Virus record (IMG/VR): IMGVR_UViG_3300044765_000177
Coordinates: 1-60,040 of that record
Direction: 5' to 3' (one strand)
Source: a virus
DNA length: 60,040 bases
Of the stretch, positions 15,979-24,195 are shown in pieces. The notes under the pieces were generated by a model. It did no database searches, was not told the DNA's origin, and saw only the letters and a program-made list of their open reading frames with translations. The translations under genes were made by a program, and so were the position numbers. Each line of letters starts with the position of its first letter. The stretch's first letter is position 1.

Positions 15979-16950
15979 CTAGTCGACGAGCTCGCCCTCG
16001 ACGGGCTCGTCGTCGTTGGTGTCGCTGACCTCGGCGTCCATGCGCTCGGCGATCGCCATGAGCTGCTTGGACAGTTCGTCGCGGCCCTTCGGGTCGACGT
16101 GACCGGCGGCGCGGGCCTTCCTCCAGACGTCGCGAACGTCGTCCGAGGTGAGCGCGCCTTCCGCCTCGGCCAGGTAGTCGGGCCGGAGCGCCTCGATGGC
16201 GGCCACGGCTTGACTGCCGGACGGGTCCAGGGCGAGCGCGGTCGGCAGCGGCCCGGTGAGCGCCTGGCGCGGGGTGATGCCGCGGACCTCGACGACCACC
16301 ACGGGGAAGTGCTTCGTCTGGCCGCCTGCCACCCTGGTGCGCGGTTCGATCCGCAGGCTGACCGGGACGAGACCCTTGCCCTCGGTGCCGGACAGCACCA
16401 TGTCGACGGTGCCGCCCCACTCGTTGGCCGCGTAGAAGCTGTGCGTCTCGGCCCGCCACACGCCGACGTCCGGCATGTCGGGGAGGATCACGTTCAGGCG
16501 GGAGGTGGCGGCGCAGACCTTGTCCTTGCGGTACTGGTCCTGCCGCAGCAGGTGCCAGTCCTCACCGAACTCGGCCAGGCACAGGCAGGGCATGCGCGAG
16601 ATCTGCTCGGTCTGCCCGTCGCAGCGGCGCTGGCAGCCGCCCTTGGTCCACATCTCGTTGTACTGGTTCAGCGGGTCACCGGGCGGGAGGAGGGCGTCGA
16701 TCTGCTCCGCCTTGGTGATCACGCGGAACTGGGGAGCGCCGTTGCCCTGGGGCTGCCAGCGTTCGACGTCGCCGCCCCAGGCTTCGGCGGCGGCCTGCGC
16801 GTAGTGCTCGGCGTGGGAGGTGACCACCCACGTCTTGGACTTGACCGGGCGGGCCCGCTTGTCGGGGTCGGGGTTCGGCACGGACCAGCCGGTGCGGAGC
16901 CGGCCGAGTTCGCGGGCCTGGCGCTGGAGGGTGATGATGCGGGAGCCCAT
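15979..16950 (-). CDS. Conserved-looking early protein with a Cys cluster (CQRRCDG...PCLC...C), adjacent to the exonuclease; possible recombination partner (323 aa)
   Basis: ATG 16950 overlaps the exonuclease stop; function not assignable by eye. Confidence 0.8.
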   Translation of the reverse strand: MGSRIITLQRQARELGRLRTGWSVPNPDPDKRARPVKSKTWVVTSHAEHYAQAAAEAWGGDVERWQPQGNGAPQFRVITKAEQIDALLPPGDPLNQYNEMWTKGGCQRRCDGQTEQISRMPCLCLAEFGEDWHLLRQDQYRKDKVCAATSRLNVILPDMPDVGVWRAETHSFYAANEWGGTVDMVLSGTEGKGLVPVSLRIEPRTRVAGGQTKHFPVVVVEVRGITPRQALTGPLPTALALDPSGSQAVAAIEALRPDYLAEAEGALTSDDVRDVWRKARAAGHVDPKGRDELSKQLMAIAERMDAEVSDTNDDEPVEGELVD

Positions 16951-17795
16951 CAGGCTGCCTTTCGGGTGGTCTGGTTCTCGGCCGGGGGCGGCAGGAGCGC
17001 GGGGTAGGTGGTGGGGGCGGCGTGGAGCCACTTGGTGGTTTCCAGGGCGCCGCGGAAGGCGCGGTGGGCGCGCCGGTTGCCGGGCATCGGCACGAGGGCG
17101 TGGGAGCGGGAGCGGAGGTTGAGGATTCCGGTGCGCTGCACGGGCGGCACCGGCTGCTCGGTGTCGTCCGGGAGGAGCACGGTCTCCGCGTAGCGCAGGG
17201 CGGCGAGCTGCAGCGTGTACTCGGGGTACACCGACGAGGCGGGCCGGGTCGCCGACGTCTTGTAGTCGACGAGCCAGGACTGCTTGGCCCGGCGCCCCTT
17301 GATGCGCCGCCAGCTGGTGCGCAGCAGCATCACGACGTCGCCGGTGCCGGCGTAGCCGAGCCTGCGGTGCAGGAACGTCATCTCGGCGGCGAGGATGTCC
17401 TCGGCGATGTCGACGTCCCAGCGCTGCCAGAACAGGACGAGCTGGCGCGCGTAGGGGTCGACCTCGGGGTCCTCCGGGTAGGGGGCGCCGAGCGCCATCA
17501 TGTGGGCCCGGTGGTGGATGCGGCTGCCGAGGTTCTTGGCTTTGTCGCTGGCGTTGCGATGGACGGCCTTGATGTCCTTCAGCAGTTGCTCACGGTCGGT
17601 TGTGGCGCGGCGGGCGACTTCGATGCGGTGTTCGAGGACCCATTCGGCGGTGAGCTTGACGGCCCACGGCGGGATGGCGTGCTTGGCGACGCCGACGGAG
17701 AGGACGTTGGTGACGGAGACGAGGTCGGGTCCGCCGGCCGGGTCGGTGTAGTACCGCCCGTTGTCGGTGCCCTTGGCGTACTTCGGGTCCGTCAT
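16950..17795 (-). CDS. PD-(D/E)XK (RecB/Cas4-like) exonuclease (281 aa)
   Basis: Motifs GTGDVVML, WLVDYKTS, YTLQLAALRYA; ATG 17795 overlaps the upstream stop. Confidence 0.8.
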   Translation of the reverse strand: MTDPKYAKGTDNGRYYTDPAGGPDLVSVTNVLSVGVAKHAIPPWAVKLTAEWVLEHRIEVARRATTDREQLLKDIKAVHRNASDKAKNLGSRIHHRAHMMALGAPYPEDPEVDPYARQLVLFWQRWDVDIAEDILAAEMTFLHRRLGYAGTGDVVMLLRTSWRRIKGRRAKQSWLVDYKTSATRPASSVYPEYTLQLAALRYAETVLLPDDTEQPVPPVQRTGILNLRSRSHALVPMPGNRRAHRAFRGALETTKWLHAAPTTYPALLPPPAENQTTRKAA

Positions 17796-18142
17796 GCGAC
17801 GCCGTCCAGGGGCATCGGGCGGGCGCACGGCTCGCACAGGCCGGCGGGGGTGAACGGGCCGTCCTCACCCTGGCAGCGGGTGCAGCGCAGCGGCGCCACC
17901 GCGATCCCGGCCGCCTCCTTCAGGCGGGTGATGCCGTCCTTGCGGTTGCCCGCCAGGAACATGGCGTCGACCAGCTCCGGGTAGGCGGCGCGCAGGCGGG
18001 CGGTGTTGACGACGTCGGCGTTGTCGATGGCCCGCATGAGGAGCTGGGTGAAGGTGCCGGGCTGGCAGCCGCCCCGGACGCCGTAGTGCCAGAGAACGTG
18101 GCGGGCGGTCCCAGGCGAGATGGTGGGGCTACTGGTGCTCAT
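17792..18142 (-). CDS. Hypothetical protein with a C-terminal CxxC...CxxC (116 aa)
   Basis: ORF track; ATG 18142. Confidence 0.75.
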   Translation of the reverse strand: MSTSSPTISPGTARHVLWHYGVRGGCQPGTFTQLLMRAIDNADVVNTARLRAAYPELVDAMFLAGNRKDGITRLKEAAGIAVAPLRCTRCQGEDGPFTPAGLCEPCARPMPLDGVA

Positions 18143-18260
18143 GTGAGGCTCCCTGAGGGTGTGCTGGGTGGTGGCCCGCCCCCGCGGTGGGGGTGCCGCG
18201 AGCGGAGGGCCCTGGGAGGGCCGCGGAGTCGGGGGGCTCCACGCGGCCGCGGCATGGGGG

Positions 18261-19376
18261 TTACTGGGGGCGGACGGGCATGCACACGGCCCGGTAGGTG
18301 TCGTCGTCGACCGGCTCGATCAGGGCCGGCTTCTTCGGGTCGGTGAACCAGATCCGGACCTGGCCGTCGATCGGGGCGAGGAGGGATGCGAGGAAGCCCG
18401 GCCGGTAGTTGATGGCGAACCCGTCGAGGCCGTCGGATTCGACGTCGATGCGGGTGCTGCCGGACGAGCCGCCCTTGCCGCCGGCCACGACGGCGATGTC
18501 GTCGGCGAACGACAGGCCGATCGGGTCTGCTTCGGTGTCGTTGACGAGCCCGGCCCGCACCGCTGCCGCCTTCAGTTCGGCCGCTTCCATCAGCGCCCAG
18601 CCCGTGCACTTGTCCGGGTCGGGGAAGAAGCGTTCGAGGCTGGGGTAGGGGGCGGCGATCGTGCGGCTGGTCACGGTGAGGGTGTCGCTGGACAGGGCGG
18701 CCACTCCGCCGCCGGCGCCGGGGAAGCCGAGCCGCACCGTGTGGCCGGTCAGCTGCTTGGCGGTGGCGGCGAGCGCCGATCCGAGGATGGTGAGCTGGCC
18801 GTCGCCGTCCTGGGCGGGCTGCCAGTCGAGGGTGTAGCGGACGATGCGGTACCGGTCGGTGGCGGACACGGTCAGCTGGGCGCTGTTGGCGGCGACGTGG
18901 ACGCCGGGGCAGGCTTCCATGCTGCCGATCGCCTCGTCGGGCGGCAGCACGGCGGTTGCGGCGTGCGTGACGGCGGCGGCGAACAGGTCGCCGTCGATGG
19001 TGCCGCTGATGCCGGGCGGTGCGGGCAGGGCCGGGTAGTCGTGCCGGTCCATGGTGGGCAGGGTGAAGGTGGTGCCGGGCGCCGACACGGTGATTTCGCG
19101 GTCGTCGGCGACCATGTCGACGGGGCCGGCGGGCATGGCGGCTGCGACGCCGGCGAGGAGGTGGCCGGAGACGAGGGTTTCGCCGGGCTGGAGGGTGTCG
19201 GCGGCGAGGCTGGCGCGGGTGCTGGTGTCCAGGTCGAACCCGGACACCGTGATCTGGCCGTCGCCTGCCTGCAGGAGGAGCCCGGCGAGGACGGGCATGA
19301 GGGGCTTGCTGGGGAGGAGCCGGTGGGCGCGGCGTGCCGCGTCCGCCAGCTGCTTCTGGTCGATGCGGACCTTCAT
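18261..19376 (-). CDS. dnaN: DNA polymerase III beta sliding clamp homolog (371 aa)
   Basis: Length and three-domain pattern; N-terminal MKVRIDQKQL...LLPSKPLMPVLAGLLL and ATDRYR motifs typical of DnaN. Confidence 0.85.
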   Translation of the reverse strand: MKVRIDQKQLADAARRAHRLLPSKPLMPVLAGLLLQAGDGQITVSGFDLDTSTRASLAADTLQPGETLVSGHLLAGVAAAMPAGPVDMVADDREITVSAPGTTFTLPTMDRHDYPALPAPPGISGTIDGDLFAAAVTHAATAVLPPDEAIGSMEACPGVHVAANSAQLTVSATDRYRIVRYTLDWQPAQDGDGQLTILGSALAATAKQLTGHTVRLGFPGAGGGVAALSSDTLTVTSRTIAAPYPSLERFFPDPDKCTGWALMEAAELKAAAVRAGLVNDTEADPIGLSFADDIAVVAGGKGGSSGSTRIDVESDGLDGFAINYRPGFLASLLAPIDGQVRIWFTDPKKPALIEPVDDDTYRAVCMPVRPQ

Positions 19377-19492
19377 CAGGCGGCCTCCGCCTGCTCGTCG
19401 TCGGCCTGCTCGGTGTTGTCGGTGTCGGGCTGGGCCCAGCCGGTGGTCTGCACGGCCGACTCGGGGAAGAGGGTGTCCTGGGTGAACTGCAT
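19376..19492 (-). CDS. 38-codon acidic micro-ORF (MQFTQDTLFPESAVQTTGWAQPDTDNTEQADDEQAEAA)
   Basis: ATG 19492 preceded by GGAGAAC; stop overlaps the dnaN ATG; below the ORF-track cutoff. Confidence 0.5.
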   Translation of the reverse strand: MQFTQDTLFPESAVQTTGWAQPDTDNTEQADDEQAEAA

Positions 19493-19559
19493 GGGTTCTC
19501 CTGTGGGATGCTGGGGGTCATCCCCGGGCGGTTGCTGCGTCCGGGGCTTTTCGTTGCGG

Positions 19560-19904
19560 CTATACGGCGGCGGCGCGCTTGCGGGCTTCGTAGGCGCGCT
19601 GCGGGGCGCGGGCCTTGCGCGGGTCCTTCGCGTACCGCTCGCGGTCGTAGGCGCGCTTGGCCGCCTTGCAGCCGTCGCAGGCGGTCTCGCCGCGCTTGCG
19701 GTGGGCGAGGTAGCCGCCGTAGCTGGGCTCGGTGCACGGCGCCGCTTCGGTGGCGGTGTCCAGGAGGCTGTAGAGCTGAACGCTCGTCATGCTGAGCTTG
19801 CTCGCGGTGATCTGGCCGAGGTCTTCCTGGATGGCGACGGCTTCCTCGACGGTGAGGGCGACCAGAACGGTGTCCGCGTCTGAGGCCGTGCGACGGATTT
19901 GCAT
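19560..19904 (-). CDS. Hypothetical protein with a basic C-terminal HRKRGETACDGC motif (114 aa)
   Basis: ATG 19904 within track ORF 19560..19961. Confidence 0.7.
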   Translation of the reverse strand: MQIRRTASDADTVLVALTVEEAVAIQEDLGQITASKLSMTSVQLYSLLDTATEAAPCTEPSYGGYLAHRKRGETACDGCKAAKRAYDRERYAKDPRKARAPQRAYEARKRAAAV

Positions 19905-19977
19905 GGTGCGTCTCCCTTCGGAGGTCGGGTGTTGTGGCGCCGCCGTGCCGGCCGGTGTCATCCGGCCCGGCGGCGGG

Positions 19978-20364
19978 TCAGTGGAGGCGGCCCGGGTCGG
20001 TGGTCGCGAACGGCGCCTGGTGCAGCGGCACCGGTGCGGCGGTGATGCGGCGGACGACTTCGGCGGGGATCTCCTGCGTCTGGTCGGCGGCCGCGGTGGC
20101 CTGGCAGGCGATGGCGAGCCGGCGGCGCAGGTCGGCGATCTCGCGCCGGAGTTCGGCGACGGTCTCGGCGTGGCGTTCGTCGATGCGGGCGATCGTCTCC
20201 GCGTGCTCCTGCTCCAGGTCGTCGAGCTGGACGTAGAGGGTCTTGATGAGGAGGTCGGCTCCGGTGCGCAGGGCCTTCTGCCGCTCGACCTCGTCGATGG
20301 CGCGGTGCTGGGGGTGGCGGGCGGGGCGCAGTACGCCGAGCCGCACGGGAAAGGCGAAGCTCAT
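19978..20364 (-). CDS. Coiled-coil hypothetical protein (128 aa)
   Basis: ATG 20364 overlaps the upstream stop. Confidence 0.7.
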   Translation of the reverse strand: MSFAFPVRLGVLRPARHPQHRAIDEVERQKALRTGADLLIKTLYVQLDDLEQEHAETIARIDERHAETVAELRREIADLRRRLAIACQATAAADQTQEIPAEVVRRITAAPVPLHQAPFATTDPGRLH

Positions 20365-20573
20365 GCGGTGTCCAGGAAGTTGAGGTCGATGTAGCCGGCG
20401 GCGAGGGTGTCCTCGTAGCTGGCGCGGGTGCGGGTGGCGTGCCGGTGTTCGGTGGCGGCGACGATGGCTTGTTCGAGTTCGGCGATCCGGACGCGGGCCC
20501 GGCGGTTGTGGAGGCGGGCCATCGCGTTGACCAGTCCGGCCATCGGCGACACGGCCGGGGCCGGGGCGGTCAC
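20361..20573 (-). CDS. Hypothetical protein (70 aa)
   Basis: GTG 20573 overlaps the upstream stop (GTGA). Confidence 0.6.
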   Translation of the reverse strand: MTAPAPAVSPMAGLVNAMARLHNRRARVRIAELEQAIVAATEHRHATRTRASYEDTLAAGYIDLNFLDTA

Positions 20574-20977
20574 GAGACGGCTCCCTGGTTGGCAAGTTCG
20601 AGGAGGACGTCGGCGTGACACGGCTCGTCGGGCGGGCACCAGCACATGAGGTCCCGGCCCGCCAGCTCCTGCCGTGCCCGCTCGGCGACGCTCGGGCACT
20701 GAGCCAGCCAGTCGCGGTACATGGCGACGGCCTGCTCGCGGGTGGCGTCCTGCACCAGGTGCCAGGTCACGGTCTTGCCCGGGTGGACGAAGGCGTGCCG
20801 CTGGCCGGACGCCTTGCCGAGGCGGCTTTCGCGCTCCCACTCGGAGCCGTCCAAGGCGGGCATCCGGATCTGGGTGCAGGGGTTGCCCCAGCGGGTGCCG
20901 CGGCCGACGTAGACGGCGCCTTCGGGCTTGCGCCAGCCCTTGGTGCGGCGGCGTTGGATACGGCGGGGCTCGGTCAT
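20570..20977 (-). CDS. DUF4326-like protein (135 aa)
   Basis: RRTKGWRKP...YVGRGTRWGNP...LMCWC...CHADVLLE pattern, recalled for DUF4326. Confidence 0.75.
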   Translation of the reverse strand: MTEPRRIQRRRTKGWRKPEGAVYVGRGTRWGNPCTQIRMPALDGSEWERESRLGKASGQRHAFVHPGKTVTWHLVQDATREQAVAMYRDWLAQCPSVAERARQELAGRDLMCWCPPDEPCHADVLLELANQGAVS

Positions 20978-21279
20978 CGGGCCCTCACCTCGCTGGCGGC
21001 GGTGCGCAGGGCGTGGAGGATCTGCCGCTGGGTGCGGCCGGGCTCCTTCTCCCAGCGGATGACGGGCTGGCCGCCGATGGCCGTGACGAGGGCGTCCCAG
21101 GCGTCGAGGGTGGTCTGCTCGGCGTCCCGGCTGCCGACGCCGGGGATGTAACCGGCGGCGCGGTCGATGGCGGGCATGACCGGGTTCTGGTGCGGGTTCC
21201 AGCCCTCCGCCTCCAGCAGGTCGGCGGTGGCGTCGAGGACGGCGGCGATGCGCGAGCGGGTCACGGAGAGGGTCACCAT
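20974..21279 (-). CDS. Hypothetical protein (101 aa)
   Basis: ATG 21279; coupled on both sides. Confidence 0.7.
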   Translation of the reverse strand: MVTLSVTRSRIAAVLDATADLLEAEGWNPHQNPVMPAIDRAAGYIPGVGSRDAEQTTLDAWDALVTAIGGQPVIRWEKEPGRTQRQILHALRTAASEVRAR

Positions 21280-21515
21280 CAGGCGGTCCTCCGGTGCTGG
21301 CACGCGCCGAGCAGGCAGGGCTTGGCGCGGCGCTCCCACTCGGTGCGGCCGACGAGCTCGTGCCGCCAGCCCTGCGCGGCCTCGCGGCGCCGGTCGGCGA
21401 CTCGGGGCGTGAACTCCTTGTGCGCGTCCTCGGCGAGGGGGCCGACGTACTCCTCCGCCACGGAGCCGTAGACGCAGCCCTGCGGGTTGATGCGGATCCA
21501 GAAGCCGGCCATCAC
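21279..21515 (-). CDS. Hypothetical protein (78 aa)
   Basis: ORF track; GTG 21515 or ATG 21512. Confidence 0.65.
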   Translation of the reverse strand: MMAGFWIRINPQGCVYGSVAEEYVGPLAEDAHKEFTPRVADRRREAAQGWRHELVGRTEWERRAKPCLLGACQHRRTA

Positions 21516-21646
21516 GCGTCCTTCCGGGGGTTTTGGCTGCTGCGGCGGTCCTGCTTGCGGCGGCTGGCGGCGGAGGAGCGGCGGGGGCGGCCGGTCGGGT
21601 TGTGGCCGACGCGCGGGTCCGGCTGGGCGGGCTGCTGCTCGGCCAT
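21512..21646 (-). CDS. 44-codon basic micro-ORF, low complexity
   Basis: ATG 21646 overlaps the upstream stop and its TGA overlaps the downstream start; composition is biased, so weakly supported. Confidence 0.3.
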   Translation of the reverse strand: MAEQQPAQPDPRVGHNPTGRPRRSSAASRRKQDRRSSQNPRKDA

Positions 21647-21891
21647 CACGCCACCGCCTCGGGCAGCACGTAGGTGATGGCGCGCGCCTGCCAGCGGTAC
21701 AGCGGCTCCTGGTAGTCGTCGCCGCGCGGGACGATCGCGCCCGGGTCGTAGATGGCGAACGCGATGCGCTGCTCCAGCGGCAGCTCCATCAACGGGACGC
21801 CGCGCACCACGACCTTGCGCGCGGCCTCACGGGCGCGGAGGTCGGCCAGTCGGGCGGACCGCCCTTCGCGGGTCAGGATGGCGGTGCTCAT
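21646..21891 (-). CDS. Hypothetical protein (81 aa)
   Basis: ATG 21891 preceded by GGAGGTGA. Confidence 0.7.
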   Translation of the reverse strand: MSTAILTREGRSARLADLRAREAARKVVVRGVPLMELPLEQRIAFAIYDPGAIVPRGDDYQEPLYRWQARAITYVLPEAVA

Positions 21892-22085
21892 CGCGTCACC
21901 TCCGGCGAGCAGCCGCACGTCTCGGGGTGGGCGCAGGCGAGGAGGTCGAAGACGCGCTCGTACCAGTCGGCGGGCTGGGGGGTGGGGGTGTGGCCGAGCG
22001 GCGGGTCGGCGAGGAGCTGCTGGAGCCGCGTGTCGGCCTCCACGGCGGGCAGGGAGCGGTCCAGGGCGGAGACGGGGCGGGTCAT
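21888..22085 (-). CDS. Hypothetical protein (65 aa)
   Basis: ATG 22085 preceded by GAGGAGG. Confidence 0.65.
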   Translation of the reverse strand: MTRPVSALDRSLPAVEADTRLQQLLADPPLGHTPTPQPADWYERVFDLLACAHPETCGCSPEVTR

Positions 22086-22294
22086 CGGGCCGCCTCCTCG
22101 ATGGGCTCGTAGGAGATGCGGCCGTCGCCGTACACGGTCACCGAGGCGACCGCGCCCTGCATCGGCTCCGGCATGCCCTGCGCGCCGTGGAACACGACCT
22201 GCAGCCGGTTGCCGAAGCCCGGCATGATGTGGATCTCGGTGATGTCGGAGCCCAGCGGCTCGATCAACGGGGAGGTGGGGTGAGACGATGGCAT
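22082..22294 (-). CDS. Hypothetical protein (70 aa)
   Basis: ORF track; ATG 22294. Confidence 0.7.
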   Translation of the reverse strand: MPSSHPTSPLIEPLGSDITEIHIMPGFGNRLQVVFHGAQGMPEPMQGAVASVTVYGDGRISYEPIEEAAR

Positions 22295-22404
22295 GGATCT
22301 GCCCTTCTTCCTTCGGATGGTGTGGGTGGATCACTGAGGTCGGCGCGGGCTTCGCGGGTCGCGTCGGCCTCTCTTGTGCCGTCAGGCGGCAGCAGGGGGC
22401 AGGC

Positions 22405-22695
22405 TCAGGCGGCGGCCTTGGTGAACGGCTGGACCGTGAACTGCTCGGAGATGGCCCGGATGTTCATGCCGGAGAAGCAGATCCGGTTGCCGTTGTCGAC
22501 GTAGGGGATCTCCCGGGCGAACGCCATCCTGCGGAGCTTGTGGACGCTGAACGGCAGCCAGAGGGCGGCCTCGGCCGGCGTGTAGTGGAAGTAGGAGCCC
22601 TCGGGCGTACCGGGGGCGGGGATGTTCTCGCGGACCTGGTCCCAGGTCGGCGGCTTGCTCGTGGCCTTGGGGGCGGACACGGCGGTCGCGGTCAC
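22405..22695 (-). CDS. Excisionase-family (MerR-like HTH_17) DNA-binding protein (96 aa)
   Basis: YTPAEAALWLPFSVHKLRRMAFAREIPYVDNGNRICFS; GTG 22695 overlaps the cro-like stop. Confidence 0.75.
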   Translation of the reverse strand: MTATAVSAPKATSKPPTWDQVRENIPAPGTPEGSYFHYTPAEAALWLPFSVHKLRRMAFAREIPYVDNGNRICFSGMNIRAISEQFTVQPFTKAAA

Positions 22696-22898
22696 GACTT
22701 CTCCTCGTGAGTTATGTCGGCGGGGGTGACACCCAGCGCCTCCGCGAGCTTCCGGATGTTCTCGTCGCTCAGGCCGGCCTTGCCGTTCTGGACCTTCGAC
22801 AGGTGTGTCTTGTCGATGCCGGTTCGTTCCGAGAGCATTGCAAGGCTCATCTGCAGAGCCTCCCGTCTGAAGCGGATTGCGCTGGAGTGCGGTCTCAC
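22692..22898 (-). CDS. Cro/C1-type XRE HTH regulator, Cro-like (68 aa)
   Basis: LQMSLAMLSERTGIDKTHLSKVQNGK; divergent from the CI-like gene. Confidence 0.85.
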   Translation of the reverse strand: MRPHSSAIRFRREALQMSLAMLSERTGIDKTHLSKVQNGKAGLSDENIRKLAEALGVTPADITHEEKS

Positions 22899-22940
22899 GC
22901 CTCAGAACGTAGCCGGACGAGAGCGTGGATGCAATCCCTC

Positions 22941-23069
22941 AGAGAGCCTTTTTGGCTACTCGCCAGAGCCTCGCTAGCTACTCAGGAGAGCCTTGGTGGC
23001 ACAGGCGAGGACTCACGGACCGGAACGCGTAGTGCGCCCCATGCAACCCAAACGCTCCCTTTGAGAGCC
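22941..23069. promoter_or_regulatory. Genetic-switch operators: AGAGCC-N5-(G/A)GC repeats at exact 22-bp phasing (AGAGCC at 22943, 22965, 22987) plus a looser copy at 23064
   Basis: Repeats read directly in the 238-nt lower-G+C gap between the divergent Cro-like and CI-like genes. Confidence 0.6.
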
Positions 23070-23136
23070 CAAGTGCAGGTCAAACGGCTCAATCCCCGCT
23101 AGGTGGTTGCATGGATCTAGTGCATGATGGGGTTTC

Positions 23137-23676
23137 ATGGACCACGCCCGAGAGTGGGAACTCTCAGACTGGAAGCGACTGGGACGCGCGTTCGCCGCCC
23201 AGCGGGAAGAGGCCGGCTACACGCAGGTCAGTGCAGCCCAGGCACTCGGTGTCAGCCGAGGCCCGATCCAGGCCATCGAGCGCGGCCGCCAGGCGAACGG
23301 GCAGCCTTTCACCCGGGTCACGCAGACCATGCGCACCTACGCGCGCCTCCTCGGATGGACCGACACATCGCCGGCCAGAATCCTCGGCGGGGAGGAACCA
23401 GAACAGGCCACTCCCCCCGTTTCCCAGGAGGCGGCAGATGCCGCACCCGGAGTCCCGTCCGCCATCGACCGTGAGCTGCGGTCGGGCAGGACGCTGGACC
23501 ACACCGTCGTGCACCTCGGGGAGGAGGACGACGACGACACCCGGATCATCGTCGTGCTCAAGGGCTCGGACGACATCAGCGACGAGGAACTCGACGAGCT
23601 GTGGCTGAAGTGGCGCCGGGCTCGACGTCAGCTTCAGGCAATCCCAGGCGAAACGGACACCCCGTCAGACTCATGA
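23137..23676 (+). CDS. CI-like repressor: N-terminal XRE HTH, acidic C-terminal domain (179 aa)
   Basis: REEAGYTQVSAAQALGVSRGPIQAIERG; position and orientation. Confidence 0.8.
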   Translation: MDHAREWELSDWKRLGRAFAAQREEAGYTQVSAAQALGVSRGPIQAIERGRQANGQPFTRVTQTMRTYARLLGWTDTSPARILGGEEPEQATPPVSQEAADAAPGVPSAIDRELRSGRTLDHTVVHLGEEDDDDTRIIVVLKGSDDISDEELDELWLKWRRARRQLQAIPGETDTPSDS

Positions 23677-23771
23677 CATAGTTTCGGCCTCAACAGGTCG
23701 ACTGTGACTGAAAAGTGTGCTTCGATCAACGGACCGTCACCGAGGGGGGGCACTGCTCGGATGGGGTGCGC

Positions 23772-24176
23772 ATGTGGGTCATGCACGTTGAGCGTGTTGA
23801 GGGCGAGTACATAGAACCCGAGATCATCGATCTCGAAGACGGCAGCGGCTGCCTGTTCAGGCTGCACGCGACAGACATCGACGAGGACGGCCCGAAGTAC
23901 CTGGCCGACCTCCTCACCGACCAGGCGCAGCGCTGGGCCCCCCGCCCGCCTGGCTCGCCCCTGGGCCCCGTCATCCCCGTCACCTGGCTGCGGTCCCCCC
24001 TGGCGCACGACCGCTTCGCCATCGGCGTCGAGGACGGCCCGCACGCGATCGTGTACACGTGCCACCCGGATCTGATCAGCCAGCGGGCCGCGGACTATCT
24101 CAGCCGCCTCGACACGGAGCGCTCTCCGTACTGGCAGCGTGTACCCAAGGGCTACCACCACCGGGACGGCCGGTAG
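23772..24176 (+). CDS. Hypothetical protein between repressor and integrase (134 aa; start uncertain, track start 23715)
   Basis: ORF track 23715..24176; in-frame ATG at 23772. Confidence 0.65.
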   Translation: MWVMHVERVEGEYIEPEIIDLEDGSGCLFRLHATDIDEDGPKYLADLLTDQAQRWAPRPPGSPLGPVIPVTWLRSPLAHDRFAIGVEDGPHAIVYTCHPDLISQRAADYLSRLDTERSPYWQRVPKGYHHRDGR

Positions 24177-24195
24177 CCGAGCGCAAGGGGGCACG

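Noticed and set aside
19560-19904. WhiB-like or zinc-finger regulator call for the HRKRGETACDGC protein
   Set aside because: There is only one CxxC pair and no four-Cys WhiB signature, so I could not support a family assignment by eye.
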